Below, in pieces: positions 59,856 through 64,000 of a stretch of DNA of 64,000 nucleotides (the first letter of the stretch is position 1; each line of letters begins with the position of its first letter). The stretch comes from Actinomycetota bacterium (GTDB taxonomy: Bacteria > Actinomycetota > Acidimicrobiia > IMCC26256 > VFJJ01), in NCBI GenBank assembly GCA_009886115.1, contig VFJJ01000069.1:1-64000 (forward strand), written 5' to 3'. The notes under the pieces are model-generated. The model was not told the origin of the DNA, made no database searches, and saw nothing but the letters and a program-made list of their open reading frames with translations. The position numbers were made by a program, and so were the translations under genes.

Positions 59856-61298
59856 TCAGACCGGCCGGGGTGAGGGGCGTCGGCGTTCGGCCGCGCCCCT
59901 CACCCCGGCCGCGATCACCAGCACCATGATCAACGCACAGCCGAGGAACACGTCGGAGAAGGCGTCGGCGTCGACCACGGTCTTGGCCCCGACGATCGAC
60001 ACCACGGCTGCGACGCCGAGGGAGTTCCCGATCCGCTGCAGCGTCTGGTTCAGGCCGGCGCCAGCGGGGACGAGCTCGATCGGGAGCTGGCGCATGATGA
60101 TCGGGAACAGGGCGCCCCAGAGGAACCCCGATCCCACGCCGGCCAACGACACAGCAGCCAACCACAACGGGCGATCGCGCTCCGCGCCGAGCTCGAACGA
60201 CATCCACGTGCACGCGCCCGCCCAGGTGACCCCGCCCGACACGATGATCCATCGGTAGCCGAACCGCTCACCGAGACGTCCTCCGACCGCCGTCGTGATC
60301 GCGGTCGTCACGAACACCGGGGTCGCCAGCAGCCCCGCCTCGGCGATCGAGTGCCCCCACACCTCGGTGAGGAACCGCACGCACGCGAACTGGAAGCCGA
60401 AGAAGCTCACCGCGTAGGTGCACATCGCCAGCGTTCCGAAGCTGAAGCCTTCGAAACGCAGCAGATCCAAGCGCAGCAAGGGATTCGAGAGGCGGCGCGA
60501 CCTCACGACCACCCAGACCAGGAGTGCGGAGCCGAACGCGAACGCGGCAATGGTTCGTTGATCGTCCCAGCCCCACGTGCGGCTCTGCACCAGGCCCAGG
60601 ACCACCCCGGCCACGCCGGCGAACAGCGCGACGCAGCTCACCAGGTCGGGCCACGGCGTGTGACGGTCCGACGGGGACACCGCGGGCCCGGAGTTGGGGA
60701 CCACCTTGATCGCAGCCACCACCGAGCAGACGCCCAAGGGAACGTTCATCCAGAAGGCCCATCGCCACGATCCGACACCGATGAGGAAGCCTCCGAGCGA
60801 CGGCCCGACGGCACCCGCGGCAGCGCCCACGGCCGACCAGGTGGCGATGGCCGTCCCTCGATGGCTCGGCGGGAACTGGGCCAGCACGATCGTGTTCGCC
60901 GTGGGTAGCAAGGCTGCGGTCGCCAGTGCCTGCACGCAGCGGAAGCCGATCAGCACGCCGACCGTCGGCGAGAGTGCCGCACCCACCGAAGCCAGCGTGA
61001 ACACGGCCGTGGCCCCGACGAGGATCCGCTTGCGCCCGAACCGTTCTCCCGCCACACCGCCGAGCACGAGCGTGGAGGCCGAGACGATCGTGAAGATGTT
61101 CACGACCCACGACAGCTCGGCGGTCGACGAATCGGGGAACGAGCTCGCCAGCGCGGGGAAGATCACGAAGATGATCGACAGCGACATGGCCGTCTGGAAG
61201 CTGCTCAGGCTCACGACGGCCAGGGTCAGCCACGCCCGGCGCAGATCGGGCGGGGTGACCTGATCGAACTGCCCGACCGCCGACGTGGCCTCCACCAT
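59856..61298 (-). CDS. MFS transporter (DHA2-like)
   Basis: GERFGRKR, GPSLGG, WRWAFWMNVPLG, many TM segments; start uncertain. Confidence 0.9.
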   Translation of the reverse strand: MVEATSAVGQFDQVTPPDLRRAWLTLAVVSLSSFQTAMSLSIIFVIFPALASSFPDSSTAELSWVVNIFTIVSASTLVLGGVAGERFGRKRILVGATAVFTLASVGAALSPTVGVLIGFRCVQALATAALLPTANTIVLAQFPPSHRGTAIATWSAVGAAAGAVGPSLGGFLIGVGSWRWAFWMNVPLGVCSVVAAIKVVPNSGPAVSPSDRHTPWPDLVSCVALFAGVAGVVLGLVQSRTWGWDDQRTIAAFAFGSALLVWVVVRSRRLSNPLLRLDLLRFEGFSFGTLAMCTYAVSFFGFQFACVRFLTEVWGHSIAEAGLLATPVFVTTAITTAVGGRLGERFGYRWIIVSGGVTWAGACTWMSFELGAERDRPLWLAAVSLAGVGSGFLWGALFPIIMRQLPIELVPAGAGLNQTLQRIGNSLGVAAVVSIVGAKTVVDADAFSDVFLGCALIMVLVIAAGVRGAAERRRPSPRPV

Positions 61299-61413
61299 GC
61301 GGACCCTATCCCCGTGCACCACCCTGTTCCCGGTGGTGGGCTGGTTCGGGCCCGTGCACCGAGTCGGGCGGAAAAGGCCTTACCGGCCGAGATGATGTCG
61401 TCACAATGGGCCC

Positions 61414-62571
61414 ATGGAATGGATCACCCCCCACCTGGCCTCCTGGGCTTCCGAGGTCGATGACGTCACGATGGCCCAGGCGTTACGGCTCTCGCGGCTG
61501 CCCGTCATCGCGGGTCACGTTGCGCTCATGCCCGACGCCCATCTCGGTATCGGCGCCACGGTCGGCAGCGTCATCGCGACCGAAGGTGCCGTGATCCCAT
61601 CGGCGGTCGGTGTCGACCTGGGCTGCGGGATGGCCGCAGTCCACACCACGTTGCGGGCCGAGGACCTGCCCGACGACCTCGCGCGTTTCATGCCTGTCGT
61701 CGAGAAGGCCGTCCCGGCAGGCATCGGCCAGCACTTCCGCGGCGCCGACACGCCCGGCCGAGCCTGGCTGGCCGCCAACCCCGCGCCGACGCTGCTCGAG
61801 CACCGGCTCGAGACCAAGACCGTGCAGCAGTTCGGGTCGCTCGGCTCGGGCAACCACTTCTTCGAGATCTGCCTCTCGAGCGAAGACGAGGTGTGGCTGG
61901 TGCTGCACTCGGGCAGCCGCGGAATCGGCAACATCCTCGCCACCGGGCACATCGGCCGGGCCCGCGGCGCTATGAAGGAGGCGCTGGTGACGCTCGAGGA
62001 CCCCGAGCTGGCCTGGTTCGTGGAGGGCACGCCCGAGTTCGAGGCCTACGTGGCCGACATGCTGTGGGCCCAGCGCTACGCCCGGGCCAACCGGGACTGC
62101 ATGCTCGACCGGGTAACTGCCGAGTTCCTGCGTTTCGTCGGTCACGGTACGGAGCGCACGAGGGTCAACTGCCATCACAACTTCTGCCAGCGCGAGCACC
62201 ACCACGGTCACGACCTCTGGGTCACCCGCAAGGGTGCGATCAAGGCCGACCTCGGCGACTGGGGGATCATCCCCGGTTCGATGGGCGCCCGGTCATACAT
62301 CGTGCGCGGCAAGGGGCAGCCCGACAGCTTCCGCTCGTGCGCCCACGGCGCCGGCCGGCGGCTGTCACGCAACGCGGCACGAAAGCGTTACACCGCGTCG
62401 GATCTCGCCGAGCGCATGAGCGGCCGAGTGTGGAACGACAGCGCGGCCGAGAAGCTGATCGATGAGATCCCCGACGCGTACAAGCCCATCGAGCAGGTGA
62501 TGGCCGACCAGGCCGACCTGGTCACCGTGGTGACCGAGCTGCGGCAGATCCTCAACCACAAGGGGAGCTGA
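61414..62571 (+). CDS. rtcB: RtcB family 3'-phosphate/5'-OH RNA ligase
   Basis: MPDAHLG, GVDLGCG, GSGNHF, HSGSRG, HHN, PGSMG, HGAGR, DEIPDAYK. Confidence 0.93.
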   Translation: MEWITPHLASWASEVDDVTMAQALRLSRLPVIAGHVALMPDAHLGIGATVGSVIATEGAVIPSAVGVDLGCGMAAVHTTLRAEDLPDDLARFMPVVEKAVPAGIGQHFRGADTPGRAWLAANPAPTLLEHRLETKTVQQFGSLGSGNHFFEICLSSEDEVWLVLHSGSRGIGNILATGHIGRARGAMKEALVTLEDPELAWFVEGTPEFEAYVADMLWAQRYARANRDCMLDRVTAEFLRFVGHGTERTRVNCHHNFCQREHHHGHDLWVTRKGAIKADLGDWGIIPGSMGARSYIVRGKGQPDSFRSCAHGAGRRLSRNAARKRYTASDLAERMSGRVWNDSAAEKLIDEIPDAYKPIEQVMADQADLVTVVTELRQILNHKGS

Positions 62572-62584
62572 ACCACTCCCGGTG

Positions 62585-62629
62585 TCACCGGGCTCACCGG
62601 GCTCACCGGGCTCACCATGTTCACCGGGA
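62585..62629. repeat. 9-bp tandem repeat (TCACCGGGC) x5, imperfect
   Basis: On the minus strand gives five in-frame TGA codons including the kinase stop. Confidence 0.85.
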
Positions 62630-63763
62630 GAGCTGATCGGCAACTGCTTTTCTCGCCTCGAGATCGCCGAGCGCCGCTTCGGCCCGGGCGAGGAAGGCGG
62701 CTGCGAACACCTGGCGGGCCGCGGTCGCGTTCGCCGGGAACGTCACGATCTGGCAACAGGCCGGGACGGTGTAGGCCGCATGGAGCCGATGGGCGAGCCA
62801 AGCCTCGTCGTAGCTGATGGGGGCGGCGCCGAGCGCCCGTCGGACGTCGAGATAGTGGCGCAGGAGAGCGCGCTCGTGGGCTCGGCGGTCGTCGACCGAC
62901 AGGGCCATGTTCATGAAGTAGCTCACGTCGCGCATGGGGCTCGTGATGTTGATGATCCCCCAGTCGAGGAAGCCCACCCTCGCGCCAGAACCCGCGGCCA
63001 CGTCGACGACGCTGCCGCTGTCGATGTCGATGTCGATGTCGATGAACAGGTTTCCGATGTGCGGATCGCCGTGAACGACCGTGAGCGGGCCCCGGTGCCA
63101 CAAGTGGTGCAGCGCTCGGTTGTCGGAGATGTAGAGCTCGGCGATCGCCGCGAAGTCCGTGCTCAGCCGGTCGCCGTGATGATCGAGCCCGTAACGCAGC
63201 ATGTTCGCCCCGTAGCTGCGCCCGTGCGTGGCCTCGGGTATCCACGGCACCTCCAGCTCGCGCCGAGCCGGATCTTCGAAGCGCGCGTGGAGCTGGGCCA
63301 GGGCGGCGAGGGCCCCCATGGCGGCCTCGGGCGAGACGCCCCAGGTGCCGTCCGAAATCAGACAGTTACTACTATCGAGATCGTCGAGGGCGACGATGAA
63401 TGCTCCGGTCTCATCGTCGAAGAGCGCAAGGTGCGCGTGCGGAAGCCGCATTGACAGCGTTGGCGCCAGCTCACGGTAGAAGCGCGCCTCGCGCTGTCCC
63501 ATGCCGGTGGCGGCAACGGCGTCACGGCGAGAGCTCTCGAGTGGAAGCATCTTGACGAACAGGCTCGATGAGACCGGGTCGCTCCCCCCAGCTTCGACCT
63601 CGATCCGGAGCCGCACGTGCGTGTTCGTCACCTCACGAACGTCGAGCACCTCGACCGACGAGACGACGACACCAGGCTGGTGCTGCGAGAGTGCCGCCGT
63701 CAGCCACTCGGCGGTGATCTCCTCTGGAGTGGCCGGTATCCCCGTCGTCGAACCTCGGGACAC
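62621..63763 (-). CDS. Phosphotransferase (ecdysteroid kinase/APH-like)
   Basis: ITAEWLT, REARFYREL, HGDPHIGN, FLDWG, RDVSYF. Confidence 0.88.
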   Translation of the reverse strand: MSRGSTTGIPATPEEITAEWLTAALSQHQPGVVVSSVEVLDVREVTNTHVRLRIEVEAGGSDPVSSSLFVKMLPLESSRRDAVAATGMGQREARFYRELAPTLSMRLPHAHLALFDDETGAFIVALDDLDSSNCLISDGTWGVSPEAAMGALAALAQLHARFEDPARRELEVPWIPEATHGRSYGANMLRYGLDHHGDRLSTDFAAIAELYISDNRALHHLWHRGPLTVVHGDPHIGNLFIDIDIDIDSGSVVDVAAGSGARVGFLDWGIINITSPMRDVSYFMNMALSVDDRRAHERALLRHYLDVRRALGAAPISYDEAWLAHRLHAAYTVPACCQIVTFPANATAARQVFAAAFLARAEAALGDLEARKAVADQLSR

Positions 63764-63774
63764 GTCGTCCGTCC

Positions 63775-64000
63775 TCAGGTCGGGTCGGTTGCGGACTCGG
63801 TCGACAGCAGGCGGCCGGCCGTCTCACTCACCCGGGCACCCAGTTCGGTCCGGCAGATGAGGAGGTCGGGCAGCCATGGCCGTTCCTGGTTGTACATCAG
63901 CGGTGCGCCGTCGAGGCGTGTGACGTGCAGCCCGGCTGCGGTGGCAACGCCGGCGGGTGCGGCATTGTCCCACTCCCATTGGCCACCGGCGTGGGCGTAC
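63775..64000 (-). CDS. cysQ: 3'(2'),5'-bisphosphate nucleotidase CysQ, C-terminal part (window edge)
   Basis: Manual translation: [53 protein letters not shown] at 63775-63777. Confidence 0.82.
   Translation of the reverse strand, partial: YAHAGGQWEWDNAAPAGVATAAGLHVTRLDGAPLMYNQERPWLPDLLICRTELGARVSETAGRLLSTESATDPT

Overview
High-GC, gene-dense actinobacterial DNA (Acidimicrobiia-like by gene content; inference) with about 55 CDS. No rRNA, tRNA, CRISPR or transposase was recognised. Main blocks: (i) a sulfur operon (MBL/rhodanese persulfide dioxygenase-like protein, 4Fe-4S/NrfD fusion, Mo-bisPGD catalytic subunit without a Tat signal, TorD-like chaperone) with an 8-bp SSR in its leader; (ii) a pucC-E-D-like xanthine dehydrogenase operon; (iii) an SDR/amidohydrolase/ADH/hotdog catabolic cluster; (iv) thrB divergent from two PLP fold-II enzymes; (v) a degenerate ECF-sigma/zf-HC2 membrane fusion; (vi) a purine PRTase divergent from a 9-gene operon (2Fe-2S/Mo hydroxylase, SsnA-like, Mer-like LLM, HTH regulator, YkoF-like, VOC, L- and D-carbamoylases, alpha-hydroxy acid oxidase); (vii) mixed metabolic genes (helicase, YceI/MarR, LtaE, acetoacetate-CoA ligase, thiolase/DUF35, MFS, RtcB, partial CysQ). 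The best candidate for a new system is a purine-catabolic regulon: one 17-bp operator-like motif recurs in the promoters of blocks ii, iv and vi, and the enzyme set resembles a rewired, possibly F420-dependent, 2,8-dioxopurine (reductive urate) pathway. Functions are inferred from motifs only; no searches were run.
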